The translations under genes and the position numbers were made by a program. 64,000 nt of DNA. Origin: Phycisphaeraceae bacterium. Lineage in GTDB: Bacteria; Planctomycetota; Phycisphaerae; Phycisphaerales; Phycisphaeraceae. This document shows, piece by piece, positions 48,864 to 58,119 of the stretch (position 1 is the first letter of the stretch; each line of letters begins with the position of its first letter). The DNA is taken from contig OY771506.1 in assembly GCA_963674705.1 (NCBI GenBank), positions 896,001 through 960,000 of the forward strand. Reading direction: 5' to 3'. The notes beneath the pieces were generated by a model, which was not told the origin of the DNA, did not search any database, and saw nothing but the letters and a program-made list of their open reading frames with translations.

Positions 48864-49796
48864 ATGACGAATGCGAATACACAGCCGTACCTTCTTGGCC
48901 TTGATGTAGGTGGGACGAAGTGTGCGGTGATTGTGGGGGACCGCGGGGGGCATGTGTTGGATCGTGTGGTTTGGGCGTCGGACGTGGCGCGTGGGCCTCA
49001 CGCGATGATTGATGAACTTTGTGAGAAGGCGCAGGTGTTGATTGCGCGGCACGGGGGGACGCAAAACTTTTCGGGTGTGGGGATTTCGATTGGTGGGCCT
49101 TTGGATGCGGCGGAAGGGATTGTTTATGAACCGCCGAACTTGCCGGGGTGGGCTAGTGTTGCTTTGCCGAAGATGGTCAGCGAACGGTTAGGTGTTCATG
49201 CGAAGATGGAGCATGATGCGGCGGCGTGTGCGTTAGCGGAGACTTTGTGGGGAGCGGGGCGTGGGTTGTCGCGTGTGGCTTATCTGACATGCGGGTCGGG
49301 ATTCGGCTGCGGATTAGTAGTTGATGGAAAGATTTATCGCGGGGCGCGAGGGCGCAGCCCGGAGATCGGGCATGTGCGGTATCGCGCGGATGGGCCGAGC
49401 GCGTTTGGGAAGGTGGGATCGTTTGAAGCGTACGCGGCGGGCAACAGTCTGCCGAAGCTTGCGGCGTGGATGTTTGCGCGGCGCTGGAAAGATGATCCGC
49501 CAAGCGGTAAGGCGCTAGCGGAACTTTGGCGAGCCGGAGATAAAGATGCGGAAGCGGTCATCATGATGAATGCACGCGCGACGGGTGATGCGTGTGCGTT
49601 GGTTGGGGATCTACTGATTCCGGATGTGATTCTGCTTGGCAGCCTTGCGCAGTATCTGGGGGATGTGTGGGTGGAAGCTGTTAAGAGACAGTTTGAGTTG
49701 GAAGTTACGGAAGACGTGGCGCGGTACTGCGGGGTGCGGGCAGCGGGATTGGGGGAAAGGTTGCAGGATTGTTCGGCGTTGGCGGTGGGGATGTGA
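48864..49796 (+). CDS. ROK family sugar kinase
   Basis: 'GLDVGGTK', 'GISIGGPLD', 'EHDAAACALAE..WGAG', 'GSGFGCG', 'EIGH'; lacks the CxCGxxGC zinc motif. Confidence 0.9.
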   Translation: MTNANTQPYLLGLDVGGTKCAVIVGDRGGHVLDRVVWASDVARGPHAMIDELCEKAQVLIARHGGTQNFSGVGISIGGPLDAAEGIVYEPPNLPGWASVALPKMVSERLGVHAKMEHDAAACALAETLWGAGRGLSRVAYLTCGSGFGCGLVVDGKIYRGARGRSPEIGHVRYRADGPSAFGKVGSFEAYAAGNSLPKLAAWMFARRWKDDPPSGKALAELWRAGDKDAEAVIMMNARATGDACALVGDLLIPDVILLGSLAQYLGDVWVEAVKRQFELEVTEDVARYCGVRAAGLGERLQDCSALAVGM

Positions 49797-49944
49797 GTGC
49801 AGCCGGAACTCTATAGGCATTGGCAAGAAGATATTAGCCACAGATGAACACGGATTAACACAGATAAGAAAAGCGTGTTTTTATATATGTCTGAGATGCT
49901 TGTTGTAGCTTTATGAATGGTGATGAATCTGATCGTGTAATGAA

Positions 49945-50080
49945 TCCGGCCCTCACCCCGGCAACTTCCGGGGGCTCACGAGGGGAGAGGGGGTAGGAAT
50001 TTGTGTATAGCCACGACCAGTGGTCGCGCTCGTTCGTATAACAAACAAATTCAGCGCGACCGATGGTCGCGGCTATACAT
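49945..50080. repeat. REP-like palindromes including an inverted doublet
   Basis: CCCTCACCCC..GGGGAGAGGG at 49945-49995; TGTATAGCCACGACCAGTGGTCGCGCT / AGCGCGACCGATGGTCGCGGCTATACA inverted pair. Confidence 0.78.
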
Positions 50081-50113
50081 GTTAAAACGCGCCGGGATGG
50101 TTGGGTTATGCGG

Positions 50114-51565
50114 TTATATGACGACCGATGCGCCGGGGTCGATGGTTTTGGGTAGGTTGGCGGTGGCGAGGTCTTCGGGGGCGATGGCGGTTTGCAGGCT
50201 GACTTCGATGACAGCGTCGACGTTGCCGTTGGCGTCGCGGGGGGCTTTTAGGCCTTGGGTTTCGAGCCAGCGGGCGGCGCGTTCGGTTTGTAGTTGTTTG
50301 CTTGTTGCAGGGCAGTCAACGGCGCCGGGGCTGTCGGCGTTTTTGATCGGGGCGAATTCTTCGACGCGGTCGGTTTCGTAGATGATGGATTCATCGCATA
50401 AGGGCAGTGCATCGAACACGAACGTTTCGAGCTTGACGGCGTTGGGCTCACTTGGATCGATCGGTTCGGCGGTGTCGATATCGATGCAAGGCACTTTCTT
50501 TTCGGCGCGGTGGAACGGCAAGCCGAAGCCTTCAGCCGAAGTGTTGAGGTCTTCGACGAAGGAGGTGCTGATGATGTGGATGGCGATGGAGCCGGCGCGG
50601 AAGCGCAGCTCGCCATCGTCCGTGCGTTGTTCGGCAAGTTCATCGGGCAGGTCGGAGTATTCGATGACGGTCATCTTGCCGTCGGCGAGACAGAAGTTGC
50701 CGAGCTTTTCTTTGGGGCCGGTCTTGGGCAGCATCTTGGAAGACATCTGCGCTTCGTCGAGCGCGTGCAGGCCGATGAATAGCGGATCGACGACATGGAC
50801 GGTGGGGTTGTCGACCTGCATGTAGCTGAGTTGGGTGACGCCGCGTTGTTTCATGTCGTCGATGGCGCCGCTGGTGTAGAGGGCTTTGAGCGATCCGCCG
50901 TGGCCGTTGGGCGAGAGTGCGAGTGAATCCTTGGCGGCGAGCAGGACCTTGCCGCGCTGCGCACCGGTCAAGCCGATCGCGGGCATCATGGCCTGGGGGA
51001 AGTGTTTGACGTTTTTCGGATCGAGGCCGAAGTAGTTGTTTTCCTCGAAGAATTTAACGGTGGGTTCGTGGTTGACAGGGCTGGTCATGACGTACCAGGG
51101 GATGGTGCTGCCGTATTTTTTCTGTGCTTTGATGATGTAGTCGGCGAAGACGCCGAAGAGCGGCCGGCCGGTGATGGGCGTTGCGGGGAAGGTGCCTTTG
51201 GGTGCGTCCCAACCGAGTCGTGTGCCTTGCCCGCCTGCGACGGTGAACGCGGCGACCATGCCTTCGCCGATTAGTTTTTCGCCAAGCGCTTTGGCTTCGC
51301 GGTATTTGCTGATCTGTTCATCGGTCGCTTTTTGCGGGTAGAACGGCGCGGGCTGGATGTTTTTCGGCAGGTGCAGTTCGGGGGATTGGAGCACGTGCGA
51401 TTCGATCAACCGCCCCACCTCCGGCCAGTCGATGCCTTCGATCTGCGAAAGCAACTGCTCGCGCTGCGGATCGCTCAGTTCATCGTAGAACTTCAGGACA
51501 TGGGCTTGATTCACAGCGGCAAGGGTTTTGGTGGCGGCGGCGTGTCGTTCGGTAAGCGTAGGCAT
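50114..51565 (-). CDS. UDPGP-family (UDP-GlcNAc/UDP-glucose) pyrophosphorylase, eukaryote-like type
   Basis: 'AGGQGTRLG..PKG', 'PNGHGG', 'QVDN', 'IEYSDL', 'KLETFVFD', 'EEFAPIKN'. Confidence 0.9.
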   Translation of the reverse strand: MPTLTERHAAATKTLAAVNQAHVLKFYDELSDPQREQLLSQIEGIDWPEVGRLIESHVLQSPELHLPKNIQPAPFYPQKATDEQISKYREAKALGEKLIGEGMVAAFTVAGGQGTRLGWDAPKGTFPATPITGRPLFGVFADYIIKAQKKYGSTIPWYVMTSPVNHEPTVKFFEENNYFGLDPKNVKHFPQAMMPAIGLTGAQRGKVLLAAKDSLALSPNGHGGSLKALYTSGAIDDMKQRGVTQLSYMQVDNPTVHVVDPLFIGLHALDEAQMSSKMLPKTGPKEKLGNFCLADGKMTVIEYSDLPDELAEQRTDDGELRFRAGSIAIHIISTSFVEDLNTSAEGFGLPFHRAEKKVPCIDIDTAEPIDPSEPNAVKLETFVFDALPLCDESIIYETDRVEEFAPIKNADSPGAVDCPATSKQLQTERAARWLETQGLKAPRDANGNVDAVIEVSLQTAIAPEDLATANLPKTIDPGASVVI

Positions 51566-51775
51566 GGGGTTGTTTCGGGGTTGGGGATTTGGGTTTGGGG
51601 GTTGGTGTTCGGTGTGCTCAACAGCATAACGGGCAATGCCCGGGGGATGGTCGGTATTCCGCAAGGTTCGGTCCGCCAACTTAAGCCGGCAACAGCTAAC
51701 GGCTGTTTGGCTAACAGCTTAACGGGCGGGGTATGTTGCGGCAAAATGGCGGGGATTTGATGCGTAAATATCCGG

Positions 51776-52531
51776 TTAAATCGTGCTTGGATAGCGCAGG
51801 ATCGCGGCGGCGGTGGTGGCGGCGGTTTCGATTCGCAGGATGTAGGGGGCGATGCGCCACGGGTGGCAACCGGCCCGGGTGGCGGCATCCAGTTCCTCAT
51901 CGCTCCAGCCGCCTTCGGGGCCGATGAGGGTGAGGACTTCACTGGCGTTATTCAACTGATTCTGCAGGTCGGGGAATGTTTCGGCGGCCGGGGCGGCTAG
52001 GAATTTGAGGTCGTATTGATTGTCTTGCCAGACGTCGTTGGGGAAAGCGGGTTCTTCGATCTGCATGAGCCAGGTTCGGCCGCACTGCTTGGCGGACTCG
52101 ATGGCGGCGCGGCTGAACTTTTCGATCTTGTTTTCCTTGGGGACGGCAACGCTGTGCTCGCATTTAAGCGGGATGAAGCGGTCGACGCCGAGCTGGGAGA
52201 GCTGATCGATCATGGCATCGGCGCGCGGGCCCTTGGGGACGGCGGAGGCGACGGTCAGCGTGGGATTCGGCTTCGGCTGATGCGTGAGGTTGTCGAGCCG
52301 ACAGATGATGCGTTTGGCTTCGGTGGCATGGAGGGTGGCGGTAGCCAGGGCGCCTTGACCATCGAATAATACGAGTGGTTCGCCGACCGATAAGCGCATG
52401 ACGTGCAGGGCGTGGTGTGATTCGGGTTTGTCGAGTTTGTAGAGGGAGTCCGATACTTGCGAGGATTGGGCGTTGGCAAGCGAGGGGCAGAAGAATCGAG
52501 GTGCGTGATGTGTTGGATTTGGCTCGTTCAT
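51776..52531 (-). CDS. rsmE: 16S rRNA m3U1498 methyltransferase
   Basis: 'HHALHVMRL', 'ESAKQCGR', 'IGPEGGWS', 'ILRIETA'. Confidence 0.93.
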   Translation of the reverse strand: MNEPNPTHHAPRFFCPSLANAQSSQVSDSLYKLDKPESHHALHVMRLSVGEPLVLFDGQGALATATLHATEAKRIICRLDNLTHQPKPNPTLTVASAVPKGPRADAMIDQLSQLGVDRFIPLKCEHSVAVPKENKIEKFSRAAIESAKQCGRTWLMQIEEPAFPNDVWQDNQYDLKFLAAPAAETFPDLQNQLNNASEVLTLIGPEGGWSDEELDAATRAGCHPWRIAPYILRIETAATTAAAILRYPSTI

Positions 52532-52686
52532 CGGATTCTCATGCGATTAACTGTGGAGCGGGCTTGAGTCGGGTGTCGTGTGCGTCGATAAAGCCGGATG
52601 TAACGGTTAGGTAAAGCCGTATGGCCGCATGATGGCAGAAGCATGGGGCCAAGGCCAATCAGCGGGATCGCATCGGACGTCTACCA

Positions 52687-54078
52687 GTGACTGACAAACC
52701 TGAAAACAAAGACAGCGACAAGAACACTCAGGACATGGATCTTGAGGCCCAGCTTGACGCGTTGCTCAGCGACCTGGAAGAGGTGGACCCCCAGAGTGTG
52801 CCGGCCGACCTGCGAAAGAAGCCGGGTAATGCGGGAGCCAAGCCGGTTGAGCCGAGGCCGGAACCCGAACCGGTAGCTGAAGCGGAACCGGAGGCGCAGC
52901 CCGTGGCGGCTGATGCCGAACCTGTCCCGGCCCCGACGACCGAGATAGAAGAACAAGAAGAAGAACCACCGGCTCAACCCATGGCGGCGTCGGAAGACAG
53001 CAGCCAAGCCAAGAAGCCGAAGATGGGTCTGGACCTGGAGACGATCGCGTCGATGGCGTCGAATCTGCTGGACGAGCAGATCGAGTCGACGATCGAGTCG
53101 GCGTCAAATGTGATCGATCGCGTCGAAGGTGAAGCCAAGGCTGAAGCCGATGCCGCCGCAACCGAACAAGCAGCCAAGGAATCGACGGAAGCGGCGTTTG
53201 AATCCAAGACGGGCGGAGCGGTAGATAATGATGTGCTGGGCGAGCAGCTCGCGGCGCTGATGCAAGACATGCAGACGATGAACAGCGAAACCGAAGCGGA
53301 GGCCGAGCAAGCCGAAGCCGTCTCGCAAACGTCAGCGGTTGTTGAAGCAAGCGTAGAAGCCGACGATCTGACGGCATCGATGGAATCTGCATCGGAATTG
53401 GAAGACGAACCCGGCGCGGTATCGATCGAACAGATTGACGCGATGCTGGCAGAGTCCGCGGAGCAGGCGTTGGCATCGGGTGATGAAAGCGATCAACCCG
53501 TTCCGGGCACGGATGAGATTCTAGCGGCGCAGGCGGAAGCGGAAGACAGGGCGGCGGAAGAATCGGCCCAGGCGATGGCAGCGGTTGAGGCGCAGCCCGA
53601 ACCGGTTACAACCGGGCAAGTAGCCGAACCCGAGCCGGCGCCGATTCCCACCGAGGCGGTTACCGAAGCGGCCGAAGCGCCGCAGCCGGTTCCCGTGCAG
53701 AGCTTCGATGCCTCGGCAGAAGATGTGGCGCGCGAGCTTGATAATGACAGCGCGGCAGAAACCAAGGCGGCAATCCCCGCGCCTAAGCCGGTGCCGGTCG
53801 CCGCACAGGCGGTTGCATCAACGAACGTCTCGCAGCAAGCCGTAGCCGATGCGTCGGATGATAACGCCGGGCAGGAGCAGGACGGACCCGTTGAATCGGA
53901 AATGGTCATCAAAGAAAGCGGCTTAGCGAAGGCGGAGCGGATGTTGCTGCGTCTTTGCCGAAGGATCAATCATCCGCTGCAACGGTTGTCGCCCGAGATG
54001 CGTGACACGGTGGGATATGTGGGGATTCTGACGACCGCGGTGGCGCTATTCATGATTGCGTTTGGGTTGATTTTCTAA
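52687..54078 (+). CDS. Acidic Ala/Glu/Pro-rich disordered protein with C-terminal membrane anchor
   Basis: 463-aa ORF; repeated short helices 'LDALLSDL', 'LAALMQDM', 'IDAMLAE'; terminal TM segment. Confidence 0.68.
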   Translation: MTDKPENKDSDKNTQDMDLEAQLDALLSDLEEVDPQSVPADLRKKPGNAGAKPVEPRPEPEPVAEAEPEAQPVAADAEPVPAPTTEIEEQEEEPPAQPMAASEDSSQAKKPKMGLDLETIASMASNLLDEQIESTIESASNVIDRVEGEAKAEADAAATEQAAKESTEAAFESKTGGAVDNDVLGEQLAALMQDMQTMNSETEAEAEQAEAVSQTSAVVEASVEADDLTASMESASELEDEPGAVSIEQIDAMLAESAEQALASGDESDQPVPGTDEILAAQAEAEDRAAEESAQAMAAVEAQPEPVTTGQVAEPEPAPIPTEAVTEAAEAPQPVPVQSFDASAEDVARELDNDSAAETKAAIPAPKPVPVAAQAVASTNVSQQAVADASDDNAGQEQDGPVESEMVIKESGLAKAERMLLRLCRRINHPLQRLSPEMRDTVGYVGILTTAVALFMIAFGLIF

Positions 54079-54132
54079 CCTTCGTAGCCGAAGCGCTGCG
54101 AGGATTCCAGATACAAATCTGCAAATGATGTT

Positions 54133-54253
54133 TAGCCGCGAGCAGTGGTCGCGCGTTTTGCAATTCTCAGTTCGCGTAATCAACCCGGCCCTCACCCTAG
54201 CCCCCACCCGGGGGGAGAGGGGATAAGAGTGCGAATGATGGTCGCGGCTTTGC
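54133..54253. repeat. Composite REP-like element
   Basis: GCCGCGAGCAGTGGTCGCGC followed by an inverted copy of the 41073-41140 composite. Confidence 0.75.
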
Positions 54254-54256
54254 CGT

Positions 54257-54670
54257 TTATTGATTAAGTTGTTCGAGGAAGGCGCGGAGGATGTTGGCGG
54301 CGGCGAGGGCGTCGCGGCGTGCTTTTTTCTGGCCGTGGGTCAGACCGGTCTGGGCCATCTGTTCATCGGCGGCGGCCGAGGTGAGACGCTCGTCGAACAG
54401 GTGCACGGGGAGATTGAAACGCGTTTGCAGTTCCTTGGCGAACGTTTCGGCTTTCTGTGTGCCGGGGCTTTTTGTGCCGTCCATGTTGAAGGGCGCTCCG
54501 ACGACCAGCGCGGCGGGGCCTTGATCTTCGATCGCGCGGGCGATTGTCTTGAAACGTTCTTCGGCGCTGGCGGTTTGAATGACATCAAGCGGCGAAGCGA
54601 TGCCGGTGATGTCATCGCCGACAGCCAGGCCGGTCCGTTTTTCACCAAGGTCTATCGCGAGGTAGCGCAT
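54257..54670 (-). CDS. ruvX: YqgF/RuvX pre-16S rRNA nuclease
   Basis: 'LAIDLGEKRTGLAVGD', 'VVGAPFNMDG', 'DERLTS', 'DALAAANIL'. Confidence 0.93.
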   Translation of the reverse strand: MRYLAIDLGEKRTGLAVGDDITGIASPLDVIQTASAEERFKTIARAIEDQGPAALVVGAPFNMDGTKSPGTQKAETFAKELQTRFNLPVHLFDERLTSAAADEQMAQTGLTHGQKKARRDALAAANILRAFLEQLNQ

Positions 54671-54697
54671 GGGGGGATTGTACTTGATGCTGAAGCA

Positions 54698-54841
54698 TTA
54701 GCCGCAAATGAACGCTAATAAACGCGATTGGGGATTGGGGATTGGGCAGAGGATACAGCAATCACAAAAATTAGCGATTAACGATCAGCAATTAGAAATG
54801 GCTAATCCCATTCGCGTGTATTTGCGTTGATTTGCGGCTAA
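54698..54841. repeat. Inverted-repeat element enclosing short tandem arrays
   Basis: TTAGCCGCAAATGAACGCTAATAAACGCGA ... TCGCGTGTATTTGCGTTGATTTGCGGCTAA around (TTGGGGA)n. Confidence 0.75.
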
Positions 54842-54847
54842 AAATTC

Positions 54848-55945
54848 TTACAGCAATTCTTCGCCGAACTTCTCGCCGACCAGTTGGTGCAACTTCTTGA
54901 TGTGTTCGGCCTGGTTGGCTTTACAGACTAACGTGGCTTTGGGCGTGTGGATCACGACCATGTCGTCGCAGCCGATGGTGGCGATAAGGTGGTTCGGATC
55001 GCTGCCGGCGACGAGGGTGTTATTGGTGTCGTAAAGCAGCGTCTTGCACCCTGCGGCGGTGTTGCCATCATTGTCCTTGTTCAAGGTCTGAGCGAACTGA
55101 GGCCAACTGCCGACGTCCAGCCAGCGTAGCGGCATGGGTACGGCCAATACACGTGCGCGGTGGTCACGGCTGGCGGGTTCCATCACGGCGTAGTCGACAC
55201 TGATCTTGTCGAGCGTCGGGTAGACGCGTTCAAGCACTTCGTTGCGCTGGTCGGAGTCCCAGGCGTCGACGACTTCGCTGATGCCGAGGTAGTTATCCGG
55301 GCAGAAGCGACGGATGCAATCCATCAGGGCGCTTGCGCGCCAGACAAACATGCCGGAGTTCCAGAGGTATTTTTCCGAGCCGTCTTTGTAATAGCTTTCG
55401 GCAGTTTGCAGGTTGGGTTTTTCTTTGAAGGTGTCAACGGTGTGCGCCTTGCCGCAGGTGGTGGCTTTGCCGAGTTGCAGGTAGCCGTAGCCGGTCGCGG
55501 CGTGAGTCGGTGTGATGCCGAAGGTCACGAGCGTGTGCGGTTGCTCTTCTGCGAGGGTGTAGCCGGTCTCGACAACGGAGCGGAACTTATCTTCCGGCTC
55601 GATGATGTGGTCGGCGGTGAAGACGGCGATGATGGCGTTTTCATCTTCCCGCCCAAGCACCGCGGCGCCGAGGCCGACGGCGTTGAGCGTGTCACGGCCA
55701 CAGGGTTCACCGATGAAGCGGTCGGGCGTGAGTCCCGGAATGCGATCAAGCATCACCTGCCGCTGGGCTTCGCCGGCGCAGATATAGATCTGATCCTCGG
55801 GGACGAGCCCTTTGAGGCGCTTCATCGCGATTTCGAGCAAGCTCTTGCCGTTGATGAAAGGGATAAGTTGCTTGGGCAACTCACGCGTGGACATCGGCCA
55901 CAGCCTGGTGCCGGAACCACCTGCAATAATAAGAGCGTAGCGCAT
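54848..55945 (-). CDS. manC: Mannose-1-phosphate guanylyltransferase
   Basis: 'AGGSGTRLWPMS..LPKQ', 'EPCGRDT', 'TGYGY', 'FKEKP', 'WNSGMF', 'ISVDYAVME', 'WLDVGSW'. Confidence 0.93.
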   Translation of the reverse strand: MRYALIIAGGSGTRLWPMSTRELPKQLIPFINGKSLLEIAMKRLKGLVPEDQIYICAGEAQRQVMLDRIPGLTPDRFIGEPCGRDTLNAVGLGAAVLGREDENAIIAVFTADHIIEPEDKFRSVVETGYTLAEEQPHTLVTFGITPTHAATGYGYLQLGKATTCGKAHTVDTFKEKPNLQTAESYYKDGSEKYLWNSGMFVWRASALMDCIRRFCPDNYLGISEVVDAWDSDQRNEVLERVYPTLDKISVDYAVMEPASRDHRARVLAVPMPLRWLDVGSWPQFAQTLNKDNDGNTAAGCKTLLYDTNNTLVAGSDPNHLIATIGCDDMVVIHTPKATLVCKANQAEHIKKLHQLVGEKFGEELL

Positions 55946-56154
55946 AGGAGGGGTCTGGGGTCTGGGGTCTAGGGTCTAGGGTATCTAAAGCATAACAAGC
56001 AGCATGACAGCCATGAATCGTTGAGAGATTATTGTGTTATTTCATTATAAGGGTAACGGCGTATCAATGGGTGGGGAAGTTCCGATGGTTTGCTCCTGAT
56101 GCGTTATGATCTCAGGCCAGACCCCAGACCCTAAACCCCAGCCCCAAGCCAGCC

Positions 56155-57390
56155 GTGCGTTCTATCAGGTTCCAATACTTCCTCGGATATGCCGTTCTCG
56201 GCAGCGCGGCGCCGTATATGTCGGTGTACCTGGGCTGGCGGGGGCTGGATGACAGCCGGATCGGCTGGGTGATGAGCATTGGCGGGGTCTCGGCGTTGCT
56301 GATCCCGACGATCATGTCGCTGCTGGCGGACCTGAAACTGGAAAATAGAGTACTGCTTCGGTGTACATTCCTGTCGGCGGCGGCGGCGCTGGGCCTGATG
56401 CTGTTGACAGGCGGGTTCTGGTGGCTGATCCCGGCGTTCCTGGTCTGGGCGCTGGCGATGGCGCCGATGATGTCGTTGGTCGACGGCTTATTGTTCAGCG
56501 TGCGGGGATTGCGTGAAGCGGAGGGCAAGCCGACGCCGCCGTATCACCGCGTCCGCGTTTTTGGGACACTCGGTTTTATCGCGCCGTCGTTCGTTCTGTA
56601 TTGGTTGATGAAAGGCGGCGACGCTTCTCTGATCCAACTCGCGCCGGCGTGCGCGCTGGTGGTGGCGTTGATCGCGGCGGCGAACACGTTTTTGCTGCCG
56701 CACACGCGCGGGTCGCTTGGGGAAACGACGACGCCGATAGAGGTTCCCGATCCGCACCCCCCTGCCAAAGACGGCGACCACATGCCGACGAAGCTGGCGC
56801 TGAAGTGCATGTTGCAGCCGGACATGGCGCTATTCTGCCTGACGATGTGGCTGGCGCACGTGGCGACGGCGGCGTACTACACGTTTTACCCGCTGTACCT
56901 GACGCGGGTGATCCAGGTGAAAGAAGAATGGATCGGCTTGATCTCGTCGGTGGGAGTGACGTTTGAAATTGCTTACGTGCTTTTGTTCGGGTGGCTTTTG
57001 CGCAAGCTGGGGGCGCGCTGGCTGTTGATGTTTGGCATCGCGGCGGTCGGGCTGCGGCTGGCGTTGCTGTGGCTTGCGCCGACGTTGTTTGTCGCGGTGG
57101 GCACGCAACTGCTGCACGGGCTGACGGTGCTGGCGCTGTTTGTCTTGCCGCCGTTGTACCTGAACCACCGCGCGGAACCCGCGTTCCGCAACTCGATACA
57201 GGGGCTGTACGCGATGGTCGTGTTCGGCAGCGGACGGATCGTGGGTAACATCTTTGCCGGGCAGGTCTCCACGATGTTTGACGGCGATATTTTGGTGGTG
57301 TTCGGCATCGCGACGGGTATCGCGGCCGGGGCGTTCGTGCTGCACGCACTGTTTTTCCGGGACCGCAGCGGGAAAACCATCGAGCCGTGA
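56155..57390 (+). CDS. MFS transporter (MFS_1-like / nucleoside:H+ type)
   Basis: About 12 TM segments; 'YHRVRVFGTLGF', 'QLLHGL'. Confidence 0.85.
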   Translation: MRSIRFQYFLGYAVLGSAAPYMSVYLGWRGLDDSRIGWVMSIGGVSALLIPTIMSLLADLKLENRVLLRCTFLSAAAALGLMLLTGGFWWLIPAFLVWALAMAPMMSLVDGLLFSVRGLREAEGKPTPPYHRVRVFGTLGFIAPSFVLYWLMKGGDASLIQLAPACALVVALIAAANTFLLPHTRGSLGETTTPIEVPDPHPPAKDGDHMPTKLALKCMLQPDMALFCLTMWLAHVATAAYYTFYPLYLTRVIQVKEEWIGLISSVGVTFEIAYVLLFGWLLRKLGARWLLMFGIAAVGLRLALLWLAPTLFVAVGTQLLHGLTVLALFVLPPLYLNHRAEPAFRNSIQGLYAMVVFGSGRIVGNIFAGQVSTMFDGDILVVFGIATGIAAGAFVLHALFFRDRSGKTIEP

Positions 57391-57444
57391 GGCCCCAAAA
57401 CAGGCCACTTTCCGCGACACCCGCTTGAGGCTATCTTCTGCATC

Positions 57445-57978
57445 ATGACAGACGAACAACTGATCCAACGGATAAAAGATTCGGCCCTGCTGCACGGGGA
57501 CTTCACGCTGCGTTCGGGCCGAAAGAGCAAATATTACCTGGATAAGTACCTGTTCCAGACGCAGCCGGACATTCTAGAGGCACTGGCGCAGCGGTTTGCG
57601 AAGAAGATCGAGGCGCTGCCGGGCAAAGTGGACAAGCTTGCCGGGGCGGAGCTGGGTGGGATCCCGATCGTCAGCGCGACCAGCATCGCGGCGAACAAGC
57701 CGACCGTGCTGATCCGTAACCAGAAAAAGAACTACGGCACAGCCAAACAGGTCGAGGGCAAACTCGAAGCCGGCGAACACATCGTCATCCTCGAAGACAT
57801 CGCCACCACCGGCGGGCAGGTGCTGGAAGCAGCCAAGAGCCTGACCGACATGGGCGCGACGATCGTCGCAATCATCGCCGTGATCGACCGCCAGGAAGGC
57901 GCAAGGGAGAACGTCGAAGGCGCGGGGTATGTGTTTGACAGTCTGATGACGAAGGCGGACTTGGGAATATCTGAGTAA
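57445..57978 (+). CDS. pyrE: Orotate phosphoribosyltransferase
   Basis: 'GDFTLRSGRKSKYYLDK'; PRPP-binding motif 'ILEDIATTGG'. Confidence 0.95.
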   Translation: MTDEQLIQRIKDSALLHGDFTLRSGRKSKYYLDKYLFQTQPDILEALAQRFAKKIEALPGKVDKLAGAELGGIPIVSATSIAANKPTVLIRNQKKNYGTAKQVEGKLEAGEHIVILEDIATTGGQVLEAAKSLTDMGATIVAIIAVIDRQEGARENVEGAGYVFDSLMTKADLGISE

Positions 57979-57981
57979 TTC

Positions 57982-58110
57982 ACGAACTTCGAATGCACGA
58001 ATGACGAAAGAATGTCAAATGCTCAAATGTTCAATGACCCGTCTACAGCGGTTTCGTCATTCGTTATTTGAGCATTGATTCGTCATTCGTGGATTCGTCA
58101 TTCGAGCATT
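57982..58110. repeat. Inverted array of CGAATGA/TCATTCG-type repeats
   Basis: CGAATGACGAA..CAAATGCTCAAAT mirrored by ATTTGAGCATTGATTCGTCATTCG between convergent genes. Confidence 0.75.
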
Positions 58111-58119
58111 ACCCCCTCC

